Positions 42,906 through 55,837 of a stretch of 64,000 bases of DNA are shown here, one piece after another. The DNA lies in NCBI GenBank assembly GCA_016748015.1, contig JAAOMT010000561.1, positions 271,504 to 335,503 on the forward strand, in the 5' to 3' direction. How positions within the stretch are numbered: the first letter of the stretch is position 1; each line of letters begins with the position of its first letter. The notes beneath the pieces were generated by a model that did no database searches, was not told the origin of the DNA, and saw only the letters and a list, made by a program, of their open reading frames with translations. The translations under genes were made by a program, and so were the position numbers. Source of the DNA: Geosiphon pyriformis uo1 (Eukaryota > Fungi > Glomeromycota).

Positions 42906-43353
42906 TCAAATCATACCACGCCACATTGCGATCTTCTTTTTCAATCTCCATACCATCATTTTAGTATTCTCCCATTCAACAACATGTTTTTTTCCGCTTG
43001 GACGAGGCTTGAAACTAGGTGGAGGGAGTTCAAATAATGTTTCTAACAAAACCTGTGCCTCATCTTGTCGCCATTCTTCACGACCAAGTGTTGCTACGCT
43101 TTCGGCGATGCTTTTTCGTGTAGGCATGTGAGAGAGTCGATAAACTTGATTTGCTTGGATGTTGACCGAAAGTTTTCGTGTCTGTTTAGGCAATGGAGTA
43201 GAATTTGGTCGTCTCAAACCACCTCTCTTGGTAGTGTTTGAGGCTGGAATCTGAGACCAATAAAAGTATTAAAAAAACACGTGAAAAACCTTTGAAAAAT
43301 ATTGAAACGCATTTCAAAGAATATGAAATTACCAATGAGTTTGCTCTTTCCAT
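42906..43353 (-). CDS. Small basic hypothetical protein, about 120 aa
   Basis: Exon 1 43353-43333 (MERANSL), intron GTAATT..CTCAG 43332-43251, exon 2 43250-42906 (IPASNTTKRGGLRRPNST...KKKIAMWRGMI*). No family recognised. Confidence 0.7.
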
Positions 43354-45037
43354 ATTTTCTTAATATATTCGTTATTTGAGAGAAAAATTTATTTTTTAAA
43401 AGGATTGATTATATCTAGTACTAATAGAAACTTGGAATAAGAATGCTAGCGGTAGGTGTCGAATAATAATTTATCAACGTATGGCTTTAACACAAACAGA
43501 ATACAAGAATTTCGATTGGCTCCTTTGCGTTATGATAGATATATTTAAAAGTATCAAAAAATTTTATGGTTTTCAAACTTGGAACGCCTTCCGAGAGTAA
43601 TGAACAAAGAAGATATTTGATGGTGATGATGATGATGTTGTTGTTGTTGTTATAATTATTGTGATTGAGAATTTTGAACTTTTTGAAAAAAAAAAGGGAG
43701 TACTCATTTATATATAGAAAATCTATTCGATCTTGATAAATCATAGAATCTCTCACATCAAATTAATTAAACATCCCCATTCGCTCACTGATTAAAAGGC
43801 TGCGGGCTTAATTGTTTTTAGCTGTGAAAACCTTCCAAGAGCAAAAACAAAAACGCCTTAAAAATAAGCATCAGGTTAGCAGTTTGAGGCTTCTTGATTT
43901 CGATCATTGATCTTTTACACAATCATCTATTACAATAAAATTCTGGGGGATGGCAAAATGCGAGCACTTTGTACCATTCCCAGGTTATCTTCAGAATTTC
44001 TATATCTTTTTTTAATACCTAGTTCCAAATATTTATGTTTCCGCCCAAGATTAAGCCTCGTTTGGCACCTTTTCATAAACAAATATCCGTGTTTGGAGGG
44101 AATTAGTTTCTTAGGTATTTCTGGAAAAGGTAAGTGAACAGCCATTTTAATCGTTTTGGCTATTTAAGCCGTCTAATTTATCTGGACGACAAGTAATGTC
44201 AGGTGACATTGCCTCATTACTTGTTCTGAACGTAATAGGGTTCTGGACATTTAATTCTACTTCCAATTTGTCGATCTACCCATTTTTTTTACTCTTTTAT
44301 AAAACCACAAATTTTTTAACTGTAATTATCAAATAAGGTTTAAAATAAAAGACGAAAAATACTGTATAAATAGAAATTCTGAATTAATAAAATTTTTTGA
44401 AAAATGAATTTAAAATAACACACATATGGGATTATGAATTCTTTTTCAAATCCATAATATCTTATCTTTAGTTTCTAAGTTGTTATTATTTGTTGTTTTT
44501 TGTTGTTATTTTTTCAAAAATGTTTCTTTCAATAAATGAAATCAAAAATAATACATTTATAAAAAGATATGAAATAAAGTTTATTTATCAGTTAAATATC
44601 AAAAGTTTTTTTTTTTTTTGAACTAATATCTTTTTTTTAAAAGAATCACTATTTTTTTCGTCTTGAATATCGGGAATTCCTAACTAATAATAGGAAAAAC
44701 TTTAAAATATTAAGAATATTTGATAAATACTTTATCAAATTTTTTGAAATCAAAAACACGTTAAAAGAACAAATAATAAAAATATTTCTTTGAATTTTTA
44801 CCATACATAAAAATTGTAAATTACAAATATTTTTAAAAGTTGAATAAAAACTTGGTTTTCAAGCAAAGATTTGAATTTTTTCTCACTTTTTTAAAAATTT
44901 TTCATATTCAGATGTAAAAAATTAATCTTTTCTTTCACAAATACCCATTCATTTCTTTCTAATATTCGTTTAATATATAAGCTTCACATCATTATAGCTT
45001 GAAAAAAATTGATGCTCTTGGCCTTTTTCTTAGTAGT

Positions 45038-45075
<38 letters not shown>

Positions 45076-45550
45076 AAGTCATCGGAAAATTCTAAAACTG
45101 AATGGTTCAAGTTTAAAAATATATATTCCTAAACAATATCAAACACAAGTTTCAATTTCACTTTTTCTCATTTTAAATAGATTACATTGATAAAATATGT
45201 TTCTTAGTAACCTTAAAAAACTTTTATTTGACCAAAAGCTGACCATGATGAATTTATTAAACCAATTTTTCATCTCACGTGAATCAAACTATTTTCAATG
45301 ATCTGATTGAGTGCTTCTCATCATTCAATCATTCTCTAGGGATGATGTATCTTTTGGCTGTGTGCTTTCTAAATCCAAAATTTTCTATCATATCGTAGGG
45401 CAACAGCTCAAAGGATTTTGAATTCGCATGATACGAATAGTTTATAAAAAGATTGGGATTTTGCTTTACAGGATGTTAAAACTCATCTATTAAGATTTTT
45501 CTTCAATAAACCAATACCTAAAAGTTTTAAAAAACCTATTTTACCCATTG

Positions 45551-46069
45551 ATGAGTGATTCAGAACATGAGGTGCAGGAATTAAATGGCAGTGATGTAAA
45601 AATAAAAAATCTTTTTATTCCTCGAAAAATTTTCAAAGCAAAGTTTGAAACGATAAAGTTTGTTTCTCTTTGTTGAAATTTTAAAAAGGACACTACAAAA
45701 TCTAACAGCTCACCACCAGCAAAAAAACGCAAAAGATTATCGTCCACAACTTCGAAAAAATCCACAGTCTCGAAGCCTAAATCTAATTCTAACTCTAAAT
45801 CAGCTTCATCCTCGTCTACATCTGTTTCAAAAACAGAATCTTCCTCTGGTACCGCAAAGAAAGGAACTTCTGGTAACAAATGGTCTCAGGAGGAAGATAA
45901 AATATTGTTAACCGAGATTATCGCTTTACTGCCTCCTATTCCATGGACTCAAATTGCTGAAAAACTCGAAGGAAGAGATGCGACTAGTGCTAAGAATCGA
46001 TGGGCTGGGATTCGAAGGTCAATTGCCAAAGGTGGTGGCCTTTCAATTTTTGGTGGGGATAAGGAGTGA
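45551..46069 (+). CDS. Single Myb/SANT-domain protein with Ser/Lys-rich N-terminus
   Basis: Exon 1 45551-45571 (MSDSEHE), intron 45572-45688, exon 2 45689-46069: PPAKKRKR (NLS-like) then KWSQEEDKILLTEIIALLPPIPWTQIAEKLEGRDATSAKNRW with the three Myb tryptophans. Not in the ORF track. Confidence 0.9.
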
Positions 46070-46684
46070 AATATATTTGAAAAATAGTAAATTTTTGATA
46101 GTTAAAGTATTTTGAATATTTTATAAATAATAGTTGATTTCTAATTTTCGAAAAGATGAGACATAAATCCTGCATGCAATTTCAAACCTTAGCTTCTCTC
46201 GATACGCAAGTGGTATTAATCATTCAAATTTTTCATTGATGAATGCGTTGTTTAAGAAACGCAATTGAGATGCTGGAAACTTGAATCTATGAAAAGCCAT
46301 AATGAAAGATTGCAACATAGTTAAGAATTCCCTTTTTCTCTTCTCCAACTAGAACTTTAATAATTTCAAATGGGTTAAATCACTAGAGAAAGTTTAACAT
46401 ATTATAAGTAAATAACCCCCCCCCCCGAATCTCATAAGTGAATAGTATTCAAAAATTAATTGCATTATAAAGAGTTTTGTTTCGTTTCGTTTCATTCAGA
46501 GATCTGAATCTTTAATATTCGAGGTTTGAAAGGTTACTATCTACCAACTGAGAAAAAGAACCAGTCGACTTTTCCAAAATATCAAGCAGAATTTTAACCT
46601 TTTTTGAAAAAGATGTAGTGGACATCCTAAAGCGAAAATTTTCAAAAATGACAAAATTTTTGAATATTCAGCACTATCGATATC

Positions 46685-47712
46685 TTAACTTTCTTGTCCT
46701 TTAACTATAATTACGGTACACTGGCAACTGTGGCTGCACCAGTCACTCACGGAACCCAAAATTGTACTGAATTTAAATGAGATTGATTAAAAAAAATATT
46801 AAAATGAATGAATAAGAATATTAAGTATTTGGAAAACTTCAAGATACCGTTTTAAAGCACCTAGTCCACGAGAACCGATAACCAAAGTATTGGCATTAAC
46901 CTCAGAAACTTTGCGAACAATCTCATCACGAGGGTCACCTCGCATGGCAATGGCTTTACATGCAAACTTTTTAGGTGATGGAAAATACAAAGTGAGTACT
47001 TTTGAGACAACTCCAAACTCCAATCACCAATCATTCAAGGCATACATTTTGAGCCTTCAATATCGCAGCGTATTCTTGCAAAAGTTGATGGCTTTGTAAC
47101 CGATACTAATTCCAAGGGCAAAAAATGATCAAACATATCCTCATTAAAATTAAATAAAATACAGAGTCAAAAACATGCCTGTTCTTCGAGATTCGTAATG
47201 ATCTCGGTAAAGTCCATGTAGTGGGCACCTATGGCTGAGTATAATTTGAAGAATAAGGGCTCTAGTGTAGCACACAATTAGTTTGTTCCCGGATAAGGTA
47301 TTTAGCCCTAACGCGGATAACAAAACTGTTTAGGTAGCAACGATTAGTAACTTACCGTACGGCCCCGGAATCGCCGGAATAGGCCTCACATTCACTAATA
47401 CCGTCTAGAAATGATTATCGAAAAACAGGACATATAAAAAATAACTTTCAAAAGTTACAAATACAATCTGTTGACTGTTTGTAATAAACTCACCAAATCA
47501 CTTTCTTTTCGTAATAAATTAGCAACAGTCCAATCAAAAGCTTCTTTGCTATGTTTCGAATGGTCAAGGCCAATGACAATGACACGATTAATTCTATGGT
47601 GCGTTTCGGGATCATGGGTGCTTGTCAGCTCTAAATCTGCTGTAGCAGTATTGATTGAATCATTTTGCGGAATTTGAGCGGAAGCAGCTTGTGTATCTGT
47701 GGTTGTTGACAT
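46685..47712 (-). CDS. Universal stress protein A (USP) family protein
   Basis: Six exons: 47712-47494, 47404-47356, 47228-47179, 47105-47046, 46966-46848, 46766-46685. RVIVIGLDHSKHSKEAFDW, GDPRDEI, LVIGSRGLGALKRTILGSVSDW, CTVIIVK. Confidence 0.95.
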
Positions 47713-50700
47713 TGCTGGTTTGCTTAATTTATATGATTAAAATGTTATATATTTTTAGGATCAGGGAAGCAAAGTTTTTATATTCTTTCGTATAAGTCAT
47801 TATGACGTATATAATTTTGATAACTTGATCATCCCACAAATGGGTGAGGCGTGATTTGTTCAACATTGTCAGCCCACATTGACAAAAATTCATGATCAGC
47901 TGATTTTCGCAGTAGGAAACTTTCGGAAGATATTTGCAACACACTACAAATTGCAATTAGCAATTAAATATCTTAAGTATTTTCAGAATCAAAAATTAAT
48001 TCACTTATTTTTTTGAACCTGTTTTCAATTGGGAGTCCCAATTATTGTAAGAAGGATGCAAAATTCAAAATTCTTTTTATTAATAGATTCAATATTATAC
48101 TTGAAATTTGATGGAAGGTAATAGTGACACCTTTAATTAAATAATTCAAAATATTGCTTTTTTAAACAAACCAAATTCCTTGCTAAATTTTCAAAATTTT
48201 GGAATCTATACCTTTTGAATGAATTGTGGCTAATGATAACTAATGACCTCATTGATTCATTGATTCGACTAAACTAATTAGAATGAAATATAGAATATTA
48301 TAAAAAATAACCCTAAAAGATTTTCAATAGGATTCAGGTTAGAATTAAGAAAATCTATAAATTTAGAAATATTATCCCAAAGATTTTTTAGGAACACGGC
48401 TAGTGTGTTTCAAAGTTTTCTTTTATTGAAACTTCCTTTTACTTTCCAGAATTATTTTTATTCCTCTTGTTATTGTAATGTAAAAATTACATCAATTATT
48501 TGCTCAAAAAAAAACAACCATTAGTGCAAAACCCATCCCATGCAAAAATTTTACCTTTATCTTTTGGCATTGGATAAATTGATCTTGTGTTTTTATGACA
48601 ATGTTGGATTGAATTGTGGAACAGTTAAAAGGCAGATTTTTTGGTTTTTCAATGGTCGTCTATATAACGATTAGCCCACGCGATAAGGTTTTGGTTTGGA
48701 TTGAGGTAAACATGGGCGTATTAAGAGGAAGGCTGTTTTATTCCATGTTCAGCCAGATGCCTTCTATTCTCATTTCATCTAATTTACTGAGAATTATTAG
48801 ATGAAGGCATTTGACAGCTAAATTCTTGTAAATTGTAAATATGGTTGAGCACAAAATTTGTGAAAAACTAGTATCATTATAAAGCTTTAATTTACTATTT
48901 TTTTTTCAGTTAAAATAGTTATATATGTAGAAATTACATTCAATATATACTTTCTTTAACTATTTTTAGTCAATAACTATTATTGCAATAACTTTCTTGC
49001 ACAAAGTCTATAAATTAACTCAATGTATAACAATTTTATATGGTTCATATTAATATTATTCAACAAACTTACTGACATTATTTTTATGTTTAAAGTATGA
49101 GCAATGTTCTTTAAATTTTTTACTTTCATTTTATTTTTTCCATCATTCTTATTTTTTTTATGATAAATCTAAAATGAATTATAGCCAGATAATATTTATT
49201 TTGTAAATAATAACAATTCAAAAAAATAACGGAGTTATATGTAAATTTAAATCTTATACATAAATAAAAATTTTATGAACATTCTAAATTTGTAAAATTA
49301 AAATTATTTTATTTTTAACTGCACTTTGTTCAAAGATTTTAAATTTCAACAAAAACAATATATTATGTTAACAAAATATTAAAATTTTATTTTTTCTTTA
49401 TTTATATTTAAACCACCTATGTCTTTCATGAAAAAAAAAATGCCCAAACATTTATGTAATTGTCTAGCTTTGGGAATCGCTATTTTATTATTATTGGCAT
49501 TTTAAATTTTTTTTTGATCTTATGGTTTATGAAAACATTATTAATGACAAAAAAACTCACTTTGTAATTGTAAACTATTCAAAAACTTAAGTAAAATTAA
49601 TTAAATCGACAATATTAATAACTATACAGCAAAAACAGTGATTATAAAATTTTTTTAATTCAAATTAAAAAACTTAATTTATTTAATAAACAACTATCAA
49701 CAATTTTTTTTTAAAATGCTATTGTTTATTATTAATTTAAGAAATTAAATGAAGCTAGCATAATAGATTATTTTTATAAACTAATTTTTTTGTAGTTACA
49801 ATAAAACTATTTAGATTAGAAACAATAATAATAAAATTTTATTATTTTGAAAATATTGAATAATTATATTAATCTGTCTTCAATTAAATTTATTAATTTG
49901 GACTCATTAGATAAATATATGTTTGGTTTAAAAAATTATATCATAAATAAAATATGTTTAACAAAAACTTCATTAAAATTTATTGAGTAGAATTGAAAAC
50001 AATTATATTCAAAAAAATGCTTAATAATTAAATAAATAAAATTTGCAACCAGTAAACAAAATTATAATTTCTAATTTAATAGTTTATGTTAATAAATTAA
50101 TAAAAATTCTTTTTTAAAAAACAGTCAATATAATAAAAAATTTAGCTTTGCAAAATATAACATTAAAATTTAATAATTAAATTAAATTTTTATTAGCATA
50201 ATTAGCAAAAATGGTAAAAAGTTATATAATAATTCTTCACATATTTAATTTAAAATTTAAAATTTATATAATAAAAGTAGTATTTTAATATAAAATGTTA
50301 TTATTATAAAAGTCAGAATTTATTTAGTTTGATCTATTTATTTGAAATCTATTTCTTGGATAAGTCAAAAGTTTTTAAAAATTAAGATTAATATTACAAA
50401 TATTATATTTTTTATCAGTTAAAAGACAAAATCGTGTCGATTTTTTAAATCGTTGCTTTGAAAGTTTTGTTTATCAGAAGGAAAAATTAATAATTTGTTT
50501 GTTCAAAATTTTATTAATCACATTTTCTTTATAATATTAAAGCTAAAAGAAATATTATTTTACTTTTATTAATCGGCTGGACTGCATTTAAGAAAAAAGT
50601 GTTTGAATATTGTTATTTCAAATATGAAATTTCTTAGCAATGTATGGATTATTCTTGTATTACATCTATAACTCTTTTAAAGATTGAAAATTTCAAAACT

Positions 50701-53700
50701 AATAAAAAAACGAAGAAACATGTAAAATATCATCTTAAAGTTAGATTTATGTACCCATATATTTACCTGTTTGCAAAATTTGAATTTCTTAATTTACAGA
50801 ATTTTATAAATTTATTGTTAAAATATGCATATTTTACAATATCAAATAAAATTGTTTATTACTGCCAATTATTAATTTTTGTTAAAAGAACTTATACTTA
50901 ATGTAAGATATCATTAAATTTGATTTTTAACATAATAAAACAAGCTCAAAAATAAAATCTATGAATTTTTATTAATAGTCCATTTTTTTATTTTATAGGC
51001 ATTAAACAATATTACAACTGTTGTCAAAACTTATGAAAATAAATATAAAATAATAAAAAATAGAAATTATTTAGTAAAATAAATAATTTTTTAAAGACAA
51101 AAAAACAACTTAATATTTTTATGCTAAGATCAATTTTTGAAAAATTAATAAAAGTAAAGTTTTTATTTTTTAAAAAATACAATTTTAAAAACAACTTATA
51201 AGTTAATTAAAATTTTAGAAAGCTATGTTTATATATTTATTAACAACTCAGTAAAAAATTAACAATTAAGTCAAAAAGTAGGTAAATAATTAAAAATAAA
51301 TGGTTATATAATATAAAATAAATAATATAATTAAATACATATATTAATATATAACAATGGCAGCTGTATTATTTCCTACTGATAATTATAAACTATTTTT
51401 ATATTTACATTTTGTCAATTAAATTAATACTCCAAGATTAATCTTTTAAATTGAATTTATTGTATATTGAATTTTTTTAAATTTTTAAGTTCTTATTATA
51501 TTATTTTTTGCGATATAATAATTTTCTTTCAATTTGTAACAATAATATTTTATTTTTTAATTAATTTTTGAAATTGTAGATATTTTAATATGCTATTAAT
51601 AATATTTATGTTTGTCAAGATAGAATTAATATTTTCCTAATTTTGCAATCAATTTTTGTTATTTTTAAATTAAAAAATAGCAATAAAACAGTTTTATATA
51701 TATATTTTTTACTCATAAATAAACATTTTTAACAATGTCGAATAAAATAATTTTTCATATTTATTGTTTGCTTTTGTACACATATTTAGAAAGTTAATAT
51801 ATAAAAAAATAAGTTGATGAATATTTTTATTAAATAAAATTTGTACATGTCCAAATTCCAAAATAATTGTTAATCTTATAATAATTGGTATTAATTAATT
51901 AATATTAATAAAATACATATATTTTCTAGTTTAAATTTAAATTTAATAAAAATTTTTCAATTTCAAAATTTCCCAATAAAAATAAAATTGAATTTATTAA
52001 AAAACATTTTAAAATGAAAGCAATACAACATAAAATAAAGAGCGGCTGGGCCACACTCGTTATCGCAATAAAAAAAATAATATTAATTTTAACCAAAATT
52101 ATTTTAAATATATATTCCTGAATCTTGATCAATGTTATTAAACAATTTTTTAAACAATTTTTCTTTGTAAAATGTATTCTTTTGGTATTAACCCAATTTT
52201 ATATTACCTTGTAATTAATTTGGTACAAAATTTTGAGTACTTTAGGTTTAGCTTATATATATAATAATATTTAATAAAACCGATATGTTAATAAAGTTAC
52301 ATAAATACAGTTATTTTTATTTGTTCTTTTGATCAATTTATTCTGTTTGACCAAATATATTTGGGTTTAATTAATATCATGTCGGTTTAAAATGATTAAA
52401 ACCAATTGTGAATAAAGAAATATTACTTTATTAACTTGGCACATTAAATATGCAATTGTTTATTATTATTTCAAAACTGTTTTTTATTTGTGAATATTTA
52501 CTTTATTGTACACATAACAAAATAAAATGGCTAGATTTACAAAATATTTTGACTAATATATAACAAATTTTGGTAGCAAAAAGATTATTTTTTCTTATTC
52601 AAAATTAGCATATTTTAATTTTAGTTATTTCCTTAGTTATTATTAAATAAAAAATTTATGAAAATAATAAAGCTTTTGATTTAAAAATACATTAAATCAA
52701 TAGATCTAAAATAACAATTACAAAGAATATTGAGAAAATAAAATTTCGTCCAATAGTTTTTGCGATATTATATTAATTATTAATATTATTATTACAAATA
52801 AATAATTGTAAAAATACAATAATTAACAAAGTTAAAATTTTTTTAGCTATATTTCTATTTTTAATAAAATATTAATATATAGTTTTGTTTAATATGAATA
52901 TAATAATAAATGTATTAATAATATTTAATCAATTATAAAAATATATTATTTTTTTTATAATAATATTTGCTTGATTATTAAAAAAAATTCATTTATTTTG
53001 GTCTAACTATGTTATAAGAGTATTTTTAATAAAATTTGTTTATTTTATTGTTGAAAATGTTTGGTCTTGTTTATAAGCGAGTAATAAAATTTGTAAATGT
53101 AAAAAAAATGTATTGATAACACCAGAATTGCAGATTATATAAACTAATAATTGAATTCAATTAAATTGCTTAAATATTCAATTTGCTTTATTGTTTGATC
53201 CAATATCTATTATCTTTGATTAGTTTGTTGTTTAATTCATAACATTATAAATTATGTTTTAATCAATGCTTTTTAAAATTTTATTAATAATGTTGTTTAT
53301 TTAAAAATTGTTTATTCAAATAAATTACAAAAGCAATTTTTTTTGCTTTCAAAAAATTAATTTATAAGTTAATTTGAAGATAAATAATGCTTATGAAATG
53401 ATTTTAAAACTTTAAAAATTCAAATGAGTAATTGAGTTAACAATATATACAAAACAAAGTTATCAATTAAGTCAATAATTAAGTCCACAAATTATTTTTA
53501 AAATATGATAATTGAATAATTAAATATAAGTGAATAATACATAATTATAAAACAATTAAGATAATAAATATACACTTAAAAATTTCAAACATTTTATTAT
53601 TAAAACAATAATATTTAACTTAGTAAATTATCTAAACAAATCAAAATAATATTTAATAGAAATTTTAAAATTAAAACCATAAAAAATAATGCTTATTATT

Positions 53701-55168
53701 AAATTCAAAAATTGCTGATTTAAACATAAATTATATCAGTTGTGTTATTTCCTATGTGCATAAATATAATTACACAAAATTTATTAATTAACAATTTAAG
53801 AATTATTATATAAAAATTTAAATTTGGTTAACTAATGTTGTTTATTAATAATAGTTAACAATTTTAAATTAAAAATCAATTTTAAAAATCAATTTATACA
53901 CTATTATAAGAAATTGCCATCAAAAATAATATCATGTAAGTTATAAGAAGAGATAGAAAGCTGTAACTTATATGAATTGATTTTGTTATTCAAAATATAC
54001 TTTATTGAACTATTTATAATATTTACCACAGCTTTTGTGACCCTTTTTTTCACAGGATTGTAGTTTTTTTCATAAATTTTGATTTACATAAAAAAATTTC
54101 TGAACAAAAATAAACATGATAATTCTTTTTTAAAAAAAAATATACATACACGCAATTTCATATGCTTACAAAACTTTTGCAATTAGAGCCTTCTCGATTA
54201 TACAAAATCTCATTATAGATTTTATAATGAAGATCTTATATACAACAAGAAATATGATAGCGAATTTACCTTTATTATATTTAAGCTATCTATGTTTTAA
54301 GTATCATATGTTTTATATTCAGATACTTTGAAAAGTTCTCAGAATTGAAATATGAAATATTAAAGATACTTACGCTTTATTTTATAGAATTGAATAGATA
54401 TAGCTTGCAAGAAATTGATTAATCAAAAAGCAATTTTATTCAACACTAAATGCTGCGAGAAATAACCGTGTATTCGGATATATCTATAAAATTAATAAAT
54501 CGCATGAACGAGATTTTCAAAAACTATTATAGAGCAGAACATTTTAAACCATAATAAAATATAAACTATGATATGCCAAAGAAACTTGATTAAATCTAAG
54601 TCATACAAATAGCAAATAGAATAGAAAAAATGCCGAGTTACCTTAAATATTATTCAACAGCACAATATAAGAATTTTTAAAACTCGAATTTAAATTAGCT
54701 TTAATGGACTCGTGATGTGCTGTAAAAGATTTCCTGCTAAATCCACTTCAAACGATAATTTTCTTGCAGCGAGTTTTTCCTCTTTCCGGATATAAACTTA
54801 AATACGTTCTTTTTGGACAACTTATTTTAAATTCCTCATATCCTATCAATGGCACTCCAACAACTCTTTCACGCTTTATCTCACGATTTCGAGAGCTTAT
54901 TGAATAGTCTGTATTTTTCTGATGTTAGGATTATTGTCGGCGAAGCGACTAATACTAGAACTTTTCATGTTCATTCTCAAATTTTAGCAGCAAAGATCCT
55001 CGTATTTTGCTATAGCACTCTCTGGTGATTGGGTTAAAAGAGAAAATAACACTATCGTCTTTTCTAAACCTAATATATCGCCAGATATTTTTGAGTTGAT
55101 TCTTCGGTGAGTAATTTTGTTTGCTTAATATTTCTATTCATGACTATTTAAATTTTTTTATTTATCTA

Positions 55169-55665
55169 CAGAGGGTGTCCAAAAGTTTCCGAACAAGATT
55201 TTATTTAACAATAATATTTATTTTTTTATAAAATAAAACAAAATAAACAACATATTATAATTTTACAGTAATTTTCTAAATTTTTCCATTCAGTGTTACT
55301 AAACGTTTAAGTCGGCGATATTTTTGGTGAGTAAATAAACGTGGACGTTCTGAACGAGGTCTTGAATCAATTGCACCAGTTTCTTTAAATCGTTTTATTG
55401 TATCCGAAACTGTTGTCAAGCTGCAATTGACTATGTTGGCAATATCACGATATTTCTTGCCATGCTGTTGTAATAAGCATATAGTATTACGTTGAGCAAT
55501 CGTTAATTCTTTTTTTGCTCCCATTTCGTTTTAATAAAAACGACGAAAAAATCTTATATGCGCGTTACATTTCATTTTTATAAAAAAACGAGTATGAATA
55601 AAATCGATTATGCGCGTCGCGAAAAAACATTATACACGTGTTTAAAAAATAAAAAACGCGTAATT
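55169..55665 (-). mobile_element. Young, internally deleted Tc1/mariner element; other end lost in the N gap
   Basis: Homology to copy A breaks at TA 55167-68, followed by CAGAGGGTGTCCAAAAGTTTCCG (Tc1/mariner-type end). ORF 55524-55276 is a paired-type HTH with a GRPR-like linker (RPRSERPR) and no DDE domain. Confidence 0.9.
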
Positions 55666-55837
55666 NNNNNNNNNNNNNNNNNNNNNNNNNNNNNNNNNNN
55701 NNNNNNNNNNNNNNNNNNNNNNNNNNNNNNNNNNNNNNNNNNNNNNNNNNNNNNNNNNNNNNNNNNNNNNNNNNNNNNNNNNNNNNNNNNNNNNNNNNNN
55801 NNNNNNNNNNNNNNNNNNNNNNNNNNNNNNNNNNNNC
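55666..55837. other. Assembly gap (N run)
   Basis: Run of N. Confidence 1.

Noticed and set aside
43907-44283. Possible HMG-box relic on the minus strand (HLPFP...IPSK)
   Set aside because: Core HMG motifs (PNAF, conserved W) are absent; the resemblance is too weak.
45541-45911. Track ORFs 45541-45879 (-) and 45660-45911 (+)
   Set aside because: Antisense and off-frame shadows of the spliced Myb gene.
48900-54800. AT-rich block with residual GC islands (e.g. FYCDNECGPAALYF on the minus strand near 52030-52075)
   Set aside because: Probably a decayed large element, but one short motif cannot assign a family.
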